Origin: Lama glama
Lineage: Eukaryota
Assembly (NCBI GenBank): GCA_028534125.1
Contig: CM052832.1
Coordinates: 20,338,001-20,402,000, forward strand
Reading direction: 5' to 3'
DNA: 64,000 bases
The translations under genes were made by a program, and so were the position numbers. The notes under the pieces were generated by a model. That model did not search any database, had not been told where the DNA came from, and was given only the letters and a program-made list of their open reading frames with translations. This document shows, one piece after another, positions 12,951 to 26,428 of this stretch (its first letter is position 1; each line of letters begins with the position of its first letter).

Positions 12951-13479
12951 TGTACAGAGGTTAGGGAGATGGGACCCCAGGCACCTCCTGAAGCCCTGAA
13001 CTCCGGTGCTGGGCTGTGCACTGCTGCCACTCACTCTGAGCAAAAGTTGCCTAAAGTGACACTGAGCCCTCCTTCAGTCTAACTTCACTCCCCGCACCAC
13101 GCTGGCTGAAGCCATGATTCTTTTTACAAGATATAAAACCTGGACCCTGACTGCGTCTTACCTGGTTTCTTGGTTTAGCTTAAAGCTAAGACCTTTGTGT
13201 CTACATCTCTTAGGAGTTCAGAACCACCACTCCCGGACCGACACTTAACCCCACCCCAGGGGAATCTAGAATTCTTGTCCATCGACACCTCATGGCAATG
13301 GGAATTCTCTGTCTCCATTTGACTAAGCTGAGTACCCTAGATTTTAAATCTTTTTCATGCCAGAGTATATTTTATACCCCCCATACCTTCCTGCTTTGGC
13401 TAACTTCTTGTATTAAAATTCTCTTACCTGGTTGCCTGGTTATAATACCTATCTGCTTGCCTCTGCCTTTCTAGCCTTT

Positions 13480-13575
13480 ATGTAATATATATGTGTGTAT
13501 ATACATACACATGTATGCATATGATTATATATGTGTGTATGCATACATGTGAAAGTGCATATATACATATATATG
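13480..13575. repeat. TA/TG/CA low-complexity microsatellite
   Basis: Directly visible. Confidence 0.8.
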
Positions 13576-16429
13576 CCTCATTCCACTTATTCAGAAAACT
13601 ATATTTCTATCCTCACCACTCCCACAGTTTCCAACAAAGCGATAGACATGTCAACCTTCCATGCTCTGTTAATGCCTAATCCCAGGGCATACGGTGCCCT
13701 CCAAAACACCCTAAAGCTCACGAATAAATTATTTTCTTCTCAATCAACAAGTTCGGGTGGTTGCAAACACAACACCAATGTAATATCACCTCTGAAAGAC
13801 CGTGGAAAGGCCAAAACAAAACAAACACTCCACCCTCCTTTTTAAAATCATGAACATCTTTGATCCATACAAAGATCTTTCTTTTTCTTTGACTTACCAG
13901 TGAGATTTTATTCAAAAGACACATTCTGCCACCAAAAAAAAAAAAAAATTGCTACCATCAAAATGAAACATAAAAGCAGAAAAATAAAACAGGGCCTTTT
14001 ACTCTTGTGAAGGTCAAATTGTTCTTTGAAACTGTATACCTAAGTGTTTTTGAGAACCACAGATTTCAGGGTCAGTTCAATTTTTTTTTTATCAGTACCA
14101 AATATTTCACTTAAAATGTAAAGACAGATCAATGAGCCAATGTTTTCATTACTTTTATATAATAACTCAAGTATAAAGTATTACATTTTTTACAAAAAGC
14201 AAGGAGGCTTTAGGTGGTATATGGGTTCCCAAAACATACAGGTGCATTTAAAAATCAGCCAATTAAAAAAATCTACTGAGCGCTATTTACTCACAGCCTC
14301 TTGTGTTCAAGATCTCCTCTTCTCTGAGTGTGTGGCAGTGATGGAGTTCAGCCTCGGGAAAGCTACAGGGTCAATGATGTCTCCATCTCTCCAATGTCTG
14401 TGTGAGTGCTGATCTCACAGTTTATAACTATCATTCTAAACTGGGCTTATAACCACAATTTGAGAAATCCACTTGGAAGTGTTTTTACACCAAATAATCT
14501 GAAACCCAGTATTAATCCAAAAGTGTATATTTAAGAAAAGGAAATGATTCAAATAAATCAGGGACCTGAGGAAACCAACATAATAGCTGAAACCAATTGA
14601 AGGAAGATGGGGCTAGAATTCCACGAGCAAGAGATCGAGTATGTGGAGCTAATTTTGGTGAAGTTCTTGAGGACTTAAAGAGGCCAACAGGAGATAAACA
14701 GATGCCCCAGTGCTAGGCTGTTTTGGAAATAGGCAGATAAATGCAATGTGGTCCTATGTTGCAGGACAGAAAGAACAGAAGCTCTCATGTGAGTAGCAGA
14801 CATTCTTATTTGATCAGAGTATTATTTTGTTTTTTTTCCTGCTGAGTCAGAACAGGACCTTCAGATCCTCCTCAACATGGCACCTCAATGCCAGTCATTG
14901 GAGGTGACCGATCAAGTGAAATTGACTTGCCACCTCTGCCTGGGTAGCTCTTCCCTTCGTGGGGAGGCAACACAACATCTGTAAATCATTATACCGCATG
15001 GCAGCAGGTGGTGATTTTTTTTTAAAAGTAATATGACAGTAAAACCTGTTTAGAGAACAATGATTTCTGACTAGCGTGACAGCAAAAGGCTTCATGGACA
15101 GAGTGGCATTAGTGTCAAGTAAGCATCTTTAGAGATAGGAGGAGGTAAGAGCTGTTTTACATTGTGAACAAGAAAATAAGTTATTGGGGCTTGGATTTGA
15201 GATGGCTGCTCTATGTGCCGTCATGTTTTAAATTGAGGGGGAGAAAATCTTCTTATAAATGGCTAAGATAATTAAAATATTCATGGGACCCTAAGAGTGA
15301 TTTATAGTCTGCAAAATATAGCACTGAAGGATGAGCTCCAGAGTCTGGTAATTCTCTATTTCTAAATGCAGGCACTGTTATTTATGAGAATACTAATTCT
15401 TTCTTACGGTGGTTACATAATCAAGTGTTTCCACGGTTTAAAAAAAGACAAAACTATTAAAACACTGGTCCCATAAAAACAAAATAAATCACGTAAGTAA
15501 TTAAATTTATAATAAACACTTTGTTTTGGGGGGCATTTGTATCTGATTTATAACTGAATCATCAAATATTCATTTTACATGAGCAGGAGGGCACTACTCG
15601 CTTCAGACAAATGTATTTATGTTTGAAGTTAAGGAAATCAAAAGCTAAGAAAGCCTAAATCTGCGCTTAGACAGGGTGAAAATAGGTATTTGTACTTTCA
15701 AGCATGCAGTGACTCAGTCTTCAGATAAAGCTTCAAACACGGCGGACAAAATCCTTTGACCACCAGGAAAGAATGAATTCCAGCAACTCTGGTGCTTCCT
15801 CAGGATGTCCACTCTTGCTTGCAAAAAATTCAGTTTCTAGAAGCAGACGGAGAGCCAACCCCAGTCTATCCCTCAATGCAGTTTTCTTCACTTATTTTGT
15901 TTGTTGGTCAGGCTCTGGGTGGGGCTTTGGGGCCCCCCCATTCAATCCCCTACAGTTGTCATCCTATTGTTTTCCCTGTTATCCACATGGGAGGGATGGC
16001 TGATTCTGCCCCCTTTTGATCACGATATTAAAGTAAATTAAAAATTAACCTATGACTTGGCACAGTGAAATTCTGCTCTCTTCTGATTTTATTTGGCTTT
16101 AAGAGATGTACATTTCATACATCTTCCATCTGATTGTAGAACATTGCTCTAAATTGGAGCTTAATTTCATCTTACTTTTAAATTCCTCTAACATGAACTT
16201 CTAGCTGAAAGAAAATAAGAAATAGCCTTGTATGTATTTACTTTCAATTAATTTAGTTTTATGTTCTCCCAAAATATAATTATCTACTGAATTGTTAAAT
16301 ATGTTATAAAAACATTTAATGACACAGAAAATGTGATTCAGTTAAAATAAAATGTAGACTTTTGCCGGTGATGAATCTGACCATGATTCGTAGCTCATGA
16401 AATGGACATGAAATACTTTCAGTCCATTT

Positions 16430-16598
16430 GATCTAAAGTAAGCCAGTCAGTCATTCTCTACTCCCTGTTTTCTCATGTAAAATAGGAACATTGATACCCC
16501 CATGCTTGTTTATAATGAGGATTAGATACAACATAGGTAAGTCACCTAGTACAAAACCTGGCACATAATATGTACTTTATAAATGATATCTATTATTT
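16430..16598 (+). mobile_element. MIR SINE fragment
   Basis: CTGTTTTCTCATGTAAAATAGG..GAGGATTAGAT..CCTGGCACATAA. Confidence 0.7.
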
Positions 16599-16759
16599 AT
16601 CTAGATTTGGTCTATAAAGCAAAGTATAAAAATGAATTTTCCTTGTTAGCTTATACATTTAATTCATTTAAATACTGAACTGAATAGTCTCTGGTCAACA
16701 GTAGGTTTGCAGAGTGTGGTGTAACATGAGTTGCCAAAGTCTGACACTGTGTCCTAATA

Positions 16760-17170
16760 ATTTCCTTCCTGGATCTGCTTCCCCTTGCATTCTGATCTAC
16801 TGATCTATTAGTCACGCTGGTCTCCTCACTCTCCTCTGAAAACAGGATTCTCTTTCCTGCCCATAGTCTTGCTCATCCTGTTGACTCCTTGGAACTGTTC
16901 CCCTTTCTCCTCTGCTATCCATACCTACCCACTATTTATGGCCCAAGAGAGGCCACTTATTTTTTCAGTAGACTCCTTCCATGTTATTTTCAAATGTATG
17001 TTCTGCTTTGAAATTTGAAACTTTGTATGTTCTGTATTCATTTTTTCACTTGACTTATACTACTTCACATTGTTAGAAGATGTTAAGTGTTGTTAAACCA
17101 TCAAGTGTAAGTTTCATGAGGTCAAAGATTCTAATTAAGTTTCTGAGTGTTTCTGGGTTGCACTCTAGGT
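16760..17170 (+). mobile_element. Highly degenerate L2 fragment
   Basis: Pyrimidine-rich L2-like tract ending in AAGTGTAAGTTTCATGAGG. Confidence 0.4.
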
Positions 17171-20100
17171 TTAAATTGTTCTTGCAAGTTCAAGTCTCAC
17201 ATCAGAACCATGTTTCCTTTCCATCGATTAATTTCAACTGCAAGCTTCCATCATCCAGATTGGTAGGAAACTCAACTCTGGTAATTATTAGGGCTCCATC
17301 CCTTATGAGGGTGATCCAGAGGTCTTAAACAGAGACAAACATTTGGGTCCTCCAGTCTTTGATCTGCCCTAGGTACCCCAGGAAAACCATTTTCCATGCC
17401 CATATAGTCACTGAAATCTAGAATCTCCCATGTCACATAGGATAAATGTTTCCAGGGCTGAGAGTTCCAATTCCAGAGTTCAGTTTACCTATTTTTCTGG
17501 GATCCAACCACTACTGTATGTTATGAGAAAGTGGTTCTTGAATCCCAAATCCTCATGGATCTCAGAAATCACTATCCTTTCCTTTTGCTAGGAAAAATCT
17601 CTTTGTCTCTTCCCAAATCTCTTTGTCTTTCTCTCTTCAAAGGCATCTGCCCTTCCCTTACCTACATATCCAGTAAAATCTCTTCACTGAGCTTAGAGTT
17701 ACAAATGGCTGGAAAAGAAACTGTCTTCAAAAAGCTTCCATTTTTTCAAACCTACATTCCTACTTCAGATGGGTCACACTGTTTAATTTAACTGAAAGAA
17801 GAGAAAAAAAATCACAAGATACATCACATTTTAATGTTTAAATAAAATTTTCTTTTCAACTGTAAGCACCCTAGAACATAGATTATCTGGCCATGTCTCA
17901 AAGACTTGGAGAGCATACTTAGCAATGACCAAAGTATGCAACAGCCTGAAGAATCAACTGGAAAATGAATGATTTCAAGAGAAAGAAGCTTCCAAAAGAA
18001 CAGCTCTATGTGGGAATTATGCCTCCATCAAATGGAAAGACTTACTTATAATCATACTTACAACATTTGTCTCTTAGATTTGTTCTCTAGCTCAGCCCTC
18101 ACGATCTGAGACTTAGAGTGAAAAGGAACTGAAAGTGGAAACAGGAAGAGGATTGTTTTAAATCCCCAATAAGATACTGAAAGCACATGAGAGTATTGCT
18201 TTAGGACCCCTTTAACACAGTTGAGAAAGAAGCTGAGTTTAGAATATTGAGGGCTCTGAACAACAAAGCACGTCTTGGGCCCGTTGAGCTTTTGGCACAA
18301 TACACACACATGCCCTTGACGTGGGAGCATCCTCGCTAAGCATGCCATGGTAACATTTACTACAGCCAAGACCTTAATAGATGCGTGGGAGCCTGGTGAT
18401 TCCTGCAGTGTTGGTTACGCTCTCAGGGCTCTGTTTCAGTGGGAGAAGGTGCCAAAGGCAGATGAAGGATTATGGTAACTTGAGTAATGATGAGAACCAT
18501 GTGCATCCACAGTGAACACTATTATCAGAACCCACGGCAAGACATATCTGTACAGCATGCAAAACATTAAGAGGTCTGAAGAGCAGAAATATCTAAAGGG
18601 AATCAGGAAGGAGGGGAGGATAGTTTATAGGAGGTAGTTTGGATGAGTAATCTGTTAAAAATATATAGATTAATTTTCTGGACACTCAAAATTGTATGTG
18701 TGGGGATGGAGTGGGTAATGCTTTGAAAGGGGCTAGAATTATAGATACATCTGCTGTCAGGGCTACATCCAGAGAAAAATCCTAACCATGATCTTTGCCC
18801 TAAATAAGTCCCTGGAATCAGGACCATGGGAGTACTGGTTATGTTGACATCTCTCCTTGGAATAACACTAAATACTTGATTTGATAAACTATACAATTTC
18901 CCCCATCCCTTCCTTCCTAACATGGGAAACTGGAGTTTCCTGGGTGTATATTAAGGTGTGAAAATAGTTATTCAGGACCAGGAGTTAAAACACTATTGAC
19001 AGAGGTGCTTTTACAGTATCTTTAGCTGTAACCTATAAAATTGGACCTTCTAGTGTTTTGTAAATATCTGGTGTTTCCTGAAATATACCCTATTAAATTC
19101 CAGTCCAGCAGTCAAGATACTCCCCTGGAGCACACTCTCCACTCTTACCACTTTTAAATAAAGTTGACAATGTCTGCAGGTTACATCCTCATTTTAAATA
19201 TCCATAGCACATACTACATATGAAAGACTCTAAAAAGTTTTGCAATAAATGTTTTCAAGTTATTTTTACTTGTCATACCTCAAATTAATTATCCACAGGA
19301 CCCATTTTTCAAGAGATGTCTATCCATACCCCCAAGAAATATTGCTGTATGGAATATATTTTGCAATCTGGATGTATTTCTAACTTGATCTATGTTATTG
19401 GAAATTTTGATCATTAAGTTCCTATTGAAGATATTCCATGGGCAATATAAATAATTACACAGCTATTTGGGCACACGTGATATATACAGATATGATACAT
19501 AAATTGCTCATGTTATAAAGTATATATATAATATATAGTACACGTACATAGATATGTAAAAGATATAGTAAGATTTGGACATACAAGATATGAACCTATC
19601 AAAAGAATTAACAGTGAGGTAGAGACTGTCACAGGAGCTAAAAAGTCAATGCGCATGACAGTAACTGCTTACAACGACTGGGAAATAGATAGAGGTCAAC
19701 ATGTCCTCTGGGCATCAAGGAAAACTTCTTGGAAGAGCTTGTTTCTAGCTGGATAGTCATGGGGCATATGAGGCTAAGATTTAAGTAAGCAAGTGTGTTC
19801 CAAGCAGGAAGAAATTACAGAGAAGAGAAAGTACACGTTAAACTGCCACCTATCAAAGCAAATGTTCTTCCAGATCATTCTGTTAAGCTTTGGGCTCCGT
19901 GAACTTCTTTGGATTTTGCAAATAAGAGGTCTGTTAGCATTCCTGTATTTTAAAAGTATGCAGTGCTGTCCCTCCATGCCATTTCTGCTTCCTCTATTTA
20001 CATTGGTAATGGAACTTGATGTCAGCCTCAAATAAGTCAGTGGAGATCAGAATACTATTTAGAAATGATTTTTTTTTTTCTGTTGCAAGTGTTAGCTAAA

Positions 20101-23100
20101 CAAACTCTGGGAAAGAATCAAGCTCTCCTTTGGTAATAGTATGAGTCCCTCTCCCTGGACCCGCCTTAATTAGTTTGTGATACATAATAGGTACTCATTA
20201 AAAAATTATTGACTAAATAAATTCATATATACACACACACAGATAGATACCAGTTTGAGTTGAACAAACATCTTTATGGAAAATGCAGCAAAATAAAGAT
20301 ACAGTCATTGGCTTCACTAATTTGATACATGGAGACAGATAAAGTCGAATCAGTTCATCCAAGCTTGTATGTCTAACTAGCCACCTGAAGTGTTCAGAAC
20401 CAGTGTGAGCCTAGAGAAGACCTTTTTAGGGAAGTTATTGCTGGATGCTCAAGTCCTACTCAGAAATAGATCAGAAATAGTCCCAAACACTGTATAGATT
20501 TTGAGGTCACCAAAGGCAGATTTTCAGAGCAAACTTTAGCCCACTGTCTACTATCCCACAAGTCACAATCAGTGAGTTTTCCACACTCGTCCCTGTTACT
20601 GACTTCATCACTACTGAACACAGGTCCAAATGACAAACATCCCTGGGGGTGGGGGTGCCTCTGATGTACTGCAAATGCAGCAGCGTCGCCCAGCACAGAA
20701 ACTCAAATAACGGAATGGGAAAGTAAATTCAAAAAAAAAAAAAAGAAACCAACCTTGATCTACTCCTTTGTTTTATGGAAGAGGAAACTAAGGTCTACAT
20801 ACGTGAAATGACTTGACTAAGGTCAACCCGAATCATAGCCAACCAATATGAGCATAGACAAAAAAGTCCGGAGAAAACACAGGGATGATTCTGACTGACC
20901 AGCATTACTGCTTATCTTATTTTTAAATTAACATATAAATGATAAGAGGGTAAGCAGATGGACAGACTGAAAAAAAAGACACGATACGGTTTTTACTGGT
21001 TGAATCACATAATCCTTTTTGTGTGCTACAAATCACATTCAAAGCCATATAATACTAACGTGTAGACACATGTGTGTCTAGACACTAAAGATGAACTTTT
21101 GAGGGTTTTTTTTTTTACAGCTAGCAAACAGACACAAATAATCAGATACACTGAGTTAGCTAACTAATTTGCTAATGGAATATTTACTCAAAGGATAGAA
21201 ATGCACAGAAAAACCCTGCAATTAACCTTTGAAAACAAGAAGAATTGTTGCCTAGAAGGTTTTTGGAGCTTAATTATTGATAGAAGCTTAAGGGTAAATC
21301 TAAATCATGACCTTAAGCACTCTTTATCTTTATAAATCATGCCTTATTTGGGAAGTAAGATGCCAGCTCCTGAACTGGTCTCAGATGGAAGGAAAAGAAG
21401 CAACTTCCTAAAGCTCAGTTAATTGATCAGGACAAACTTGGTTTTTAAAAATCTAGCTTCATTGCTCTTTAAACTTAAGAAATAGACTTTTTTAACTTAT
21501 GGACCATGCATGCATATAAGATATTTCCTTAATAAAAACAATAAAATACTTTTCCTTTATAGTAAACTTCAGGTGGAAATGGTCTGTATTAAAAAATTTA
21601 TTAAAACCTACCTATGTAGTTAGAAAGGCTGCCGTAGTCCAACCTCTATCACAGGACAAGTACCTCTGGTTTCATGTCAATACTTAATGTAACTCAAATC
21701 TCTTTGAGATTAATGTGATAATATAAACTCTGCATTGCATATAATGGAAATTATACATAAAACTGGAAGTGGTATGGCAAAAAGAAAGCACAACAAATTG
21801 GCAGGCACATGATAGTTTGCTCAACATAACTGACCATGTATGTTTCAGTCTTTACAATGTCACGCTATTGCGTATTTTGTACGTGTGCCTGCCAACAAAG
21901 GAAATAAAACAACTTCTATCGAGTGTGTACTATGTGTTAGGGACAGAACAGGCACACAATAAATATTTTTGAATGAATGAAGTTCTGGCACTATGCCAGA
22001 CAATTTATATGTCTTTTGTCATTTAATTTTAATTTCACATACACTATGTTAGAACACTCTGAAGTTAGATAATTAGTTCAATATTGTTCTATGAGATGAC
22101 TCCAAAACTTAAACCTAAATCTACTCTTTTTTTGTAAACCCTAAAAATGTGCTTATCCTAAAAGTTCCATGAACACTGAATCTAAAAACTCATTTTAAAT
22201 TGTCCAGTATCTTCACAATACAGTCTCTCCTTGTGTACCCACAGTGATCAGAGTGGAGAACTATGGTTGCCAGATTAAAATGTTCAAGTAGGCTATTATC
22301 TAATGGTAAGATATAATGAATAATGGGAAAGACCACCTTCAAAACCTTTATACACCATGCAGTTCTTTGCTTTGCATGCTGTCTGAACTTCTATTAATAA
22401 AAGACTAATTCATGTTAATAATTTCCCTCTTTCAAAATGCAAATATCTTTGGGAAAATCAAGCAAGTTGCCGCTAATTCCTTAAAGTGAACTGATTTAAT
22501 CAAAATGCTTCCACCCGACTGAGATGAGTCTCACTGAGGAATCAGACATTCCGATTCGGATCCTTATGCCCTTAATGGGAAGACAGAAAAGGGCACTTCA
22601 TGTGAGGACAGGCTTGGAAAGCCACCGTGAGAAGCTCTGTGAATCCAAAGAGCATCATGAGGTCAGTGGGTTCCTGGGTTTGGAAGAAGAGATGGTAATT
22701 ATCTGGACAAGGGAAAAATCTAGAAAGAGTCTAGAATGTGGAAAGATGTAGCTTTCCTACTTAGTTTACTTAGGTCCAGATTTGGGGTCTACTTGAAATA
22801 ACACACAAATCACTCCATCCCTGGACTTTGTAAGCTGGATACATTTACTGAATCATCTCACACACAGGCAGGTGTTATCCTTAGGTTGTTATACCCTTAA
22901 CTATTACAGGCATAACTTAATTACATGAAGGATTAAAATATGTGTATGTGGGCAAAATATGTATTTTAAAAGTAGGACCAGAGACAGAAAAAGCAGATAC
23001 TTGCTTTCAAGGAGTTTGCAGTTTGATTTGTGTAGGCATTCAGTTTCTGTAACAGCAAGCATTAGCTAGTAATGCAAAATGCTAACTACCCAGAACCCAA

Positions 23101-23551
23101 TGTATCAGTTTCCCAGAGCTGCTGTAACAAAGTAGAAAAGTGCTGGGTGGCCTAAAACAGGAGAGATTTATTCTGTCACAGTTTGGGAGCCTAGAAAGCC
23201 AAAATCAAGGTGTCAGCAGGATCACATTCTCTTTCGGACTCTCCCTTGCCTCCTCCTAGTTTCTGGTTGTGGTCATCATTCCTTAGCACACCTTGGCTGG
23301 TAGCTGCATCTCTCCAACCCCCGCCTCTGTTGTCACCTGGCATTCTCGCCCTGTGTGCCTCTTTTTCTACATGGCATCTTCTTCGTTTTCTTCTTATAAG
23401 GACATCAGTCAGATTGGACTAGGACCCACTCTAATGACACCTTAACTTGCTTACTGACAAAGACTCTATTTCCAAAGAAGGTCTCAGTCACAAGCACTGG
23501 GAATTAGGGCTTCAAGATACCTTTGTGGGAAATGTAACCCAACCCATAAAA
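23101..23551 (-). mobile_element. MLT1C-like solo LTR
   Basis: TGTATCAGTTTCCCAGAGCTGCTGTAACAAA start; AAATCAAGGTGTCAGCAGG, CTTCTTATAAGGACA and CTATTTCCAAA..GGTC motifs. Confidence 0.88.
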
Positions 23552-25016
23552 ACCAGTTCATTTCTAACTAAATAATCTGAGATGACCACCTTTGTCTATT
23601 CATAAATGTTGAGGAATTGTATGGCCGTCTGCAGTCAGGCCTTAGGAAAATCAGCCAGCAGTGATTCACCATTGTGAGATGGTGACCACGAGTTTCTCGT
23701 AAGTGCTTCATGAGCTAACAAAATCGGTTATTTAAAGTAAGAACTGAGCTATCCCTAAATAGGACTGAGAGTATAACTAATCTATCAAAAGTAAAATTAT
23801 TTATGTAAAATTTTAACTAAGTAACATTAATTTTAATAACCATGGCATTGACAGATGCAAAGAATAAAATTCCAACACAAGGAAAAAGAGCACTGTGGAT
23901 AATACTGTAATTTACTCAATAACACTTATTTTATTTCTAATACTATTTAATATGCTCCTTCAAGCTCTGTGTTTTGGGATTGATTCAAAGCTTGTTATCT
24001 ACTCTTCATATGCCACTAGTTATGTGGATAGACACAATTTACCCACTTTTTGGATAAAGAGGACATTCTAATCAGTGAGCAAAAGGCCTTCTCCAACTAA
24101 ATCTCCTTTAATCATGTTACTGTTTTAATTTTTGTCTGAAGTTTTCTTGATTTTTTCCATGCAGTTACTCCCAAACTGCTATCTATCTCTCACCAAATAA
24201 CTATGCATTTTTAAAATTCATACCTCCCATGGGGCCATCTATCATTTTCTTCTTTCTAATGTACACCGAATACAATTTCAAAACCCATTTCATAAACATT
24301 TTTTAAGTATATATCATGGGCAACTCTATTTTCATTTGCATGTTTCATATTTTTAACATTAGAAATCTGAAGATAGAGCACTGTATTTCTATTAAAATGG
24401 GACCAAGTGAAATTAAACAAAAGGTACAAGGTATGTAGTAAGCTCACTTTAAAAGGAAGGCATTCTAGTCTTATTACTCTATAATATGATATGTTGGTTA
24501 ATAGACTTTCAACTGTAGTAGTAGTATTAGCATAAATTTTCAAAACAAGTTACCTACAAAGTATTAACATAATTCTTGCTTGGAAAAAGTGTAGTCATGT
24601 GATACACAAATGGCCTTCTTGGCATGATGCCAGAGGAAGGCACAGCCCCGGACAGTCTGGCTCCTCCTGATTCATCAGGATGCAAGAAGTCTTCCTCAGG
24701 GTCAGCGTGGCTTCTTGGTCTGCTCACTTCCCTTTTTCCCATTCCAAGGCACACACTGGAACTTATCTCTGCCAGTTTCACTGTTTCTTGAGCTGTGGCT
24801 GGACTATGATTTGTTCGATTTCTTGGCTCAAGTAAATATACACCCATGAGTTAGGCAAAGGCAGCCTTGGGTCTAGCCCACCGGGGTAGACTCATTCCAC
24901 TCTTGAGAACAGGAGTGGTGTTACAGAACTCACCATTCACTGAAGCCCACCCATCCAAAAGCCGTTAATGGTGGTTCACAAGTTGGGCTATCCTCCTTGG
25001 TTGCATCTATAGGCCC

Positions 25017-25484
25017 TGTTACAGGTTTAAGTGTATCCCCCAAATTTATGGAAGTCCTAAACCCCAGTATCTCAGAGTGTGGAATTACTTGGAAATAGCA
25101 GTCACTCTAGATGAATGAGCTGTTAGGATGAGGTCAGTCCTCAGGAGTGTGGGCCCTTTATCCAGTATAACTGTTTTCCTTATATGAAGGGGAAATCTGG
25201 ACACAGACATGACACAGGGAGAACACCACGTGAACATGAAAGCAGAGACCAGCAAATGTGCCCACAGGTCAAGGGACCTAACAAGCCCAAGTCTGCCACC
25301 AAACCACCAGAAATGAGACGAGTGGCCTGGAGCAGATTCTCCCTCACCGCCTTCAGAAGGAGCCAGCCCTGTCAGCTCCTTCACCTTGGACTTCTAGCCT
25401 CCAAAACTGTAAGACGATCAATTTCTGTTGTTTAAGCCACTCAGTTTGCAGTACTTTGTTACAGGAGTCTAGCAAACCAAAACA
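25017..25484 (+). mobile_element. MLT1B/C-like solo LTR
   Basis: TG..CA ends; GGACTTCTAGCCTCC..AATTTCTGTTGTTTAAGCCAC; flanks AGGCCC/AGGCTC are TSD-like; explains the ORFs at 25085-25435. Confidence 0.88.
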
Positions 25485-26294
25485 AGGCTCCATGTAAGTG
25501 TAGCTATTATGGTCATCTGCTAATCACTCTAGACACATAAACATACACAACATAGTATGTATATAATAGTAATATACAGCATGTTATTTAATACACGACA
25601 TATATGTTTATCTACTATATACGAAATATAGTTTACTGAATCTTTAAAAGCACTTAGCAAATGTATAATCTCATTTTGTGAATTAAGAAAGTGAGGTCAA
25701 ATTCATCTGTTCAGATTAGGGGGGAAAATAAACATTATAAATGTATATCTAGAATAAAGTCCAAAGCAGGCACAAACACAAACTCCAGCACCTGGCTGGG
25801 TGTCCTCTTGCCTTCACACAGATAAGCACACTGTTGTTCATTTTAAGCATGACTGTCTATCATCCAAGACTTCAAACAGCAACTCAAAAGGAGCTGCTGC
25901 CTGTAAATCAGTGTTACCCAGCCTATATGTGTACTAGCATACGGGAGGTGAACTCAGCGTGGGCTGGCTTGTGTGTACTTGCACATACGACCAGATGTAC
26001 ATGCTTGTGCACGTACTTAAAACCTAGTTTCTTGTCAAGAAAAATGTTAGTAACATGGATGCTGGAACAGACTGTGTTCACACCATTCCAAACAAGGCCA
26101 CAAGTCATAGGGCCATATGTTGTGTTTTTTAGAAATCTGATTTGTTGCCAGAGCACATTAAAACACATGGACGATTATTTTCACTGTCTTTCTATTAGGC
26201 TGTCTCGTTAAGATCTGCATGTAAGAGAGGGATGGTGGGTGTGCTGGGGGATGCGGAAGCTTAGTGAAGTCCAGACTACTGTGGTCTTTCTTAG

Positions 26295-26394
26295 NNNNNN
26301 NNNNNNNNNNNNNNNNNNNNNNNNNNNNNNNNNNNNNNNNNNNNNNNNNNNNNNNNNNNNNNNNNNNNNNNNNNNNNNNNNNNNNNNNNNNNNN
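26295..26394. other. Assembly gap (100 N, true size unknown)
   Basis: Run of exactly 100 N. Confidence 0.99.
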
Positions 26395-26428
26395 AGGGAG
26401 AAAGGGAGAAAGGGAGAAAGGGAGAAAG
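26395..26428 (+). repeat. (AGGGAGAA)n polypurine tandem repeat abutting the gap
   Basis: About four visible 8-bp units. Confidence 0.9.

Noticed and set aside
15720..15900. Protein-looking minus frame ALRDRLGLALRLLLETEFFASKSGHPEEAPELLEFILSWW
   Set aside because: No start codon or convincing splice sites, and no recognised homologue
24554..24924. 97-aa minus ORF, or an old LTR (TGTAGT..GTTACA)
   Set aside because: ORF unrecognised; LTR-like ends lack a TSD and I cannot assign a family
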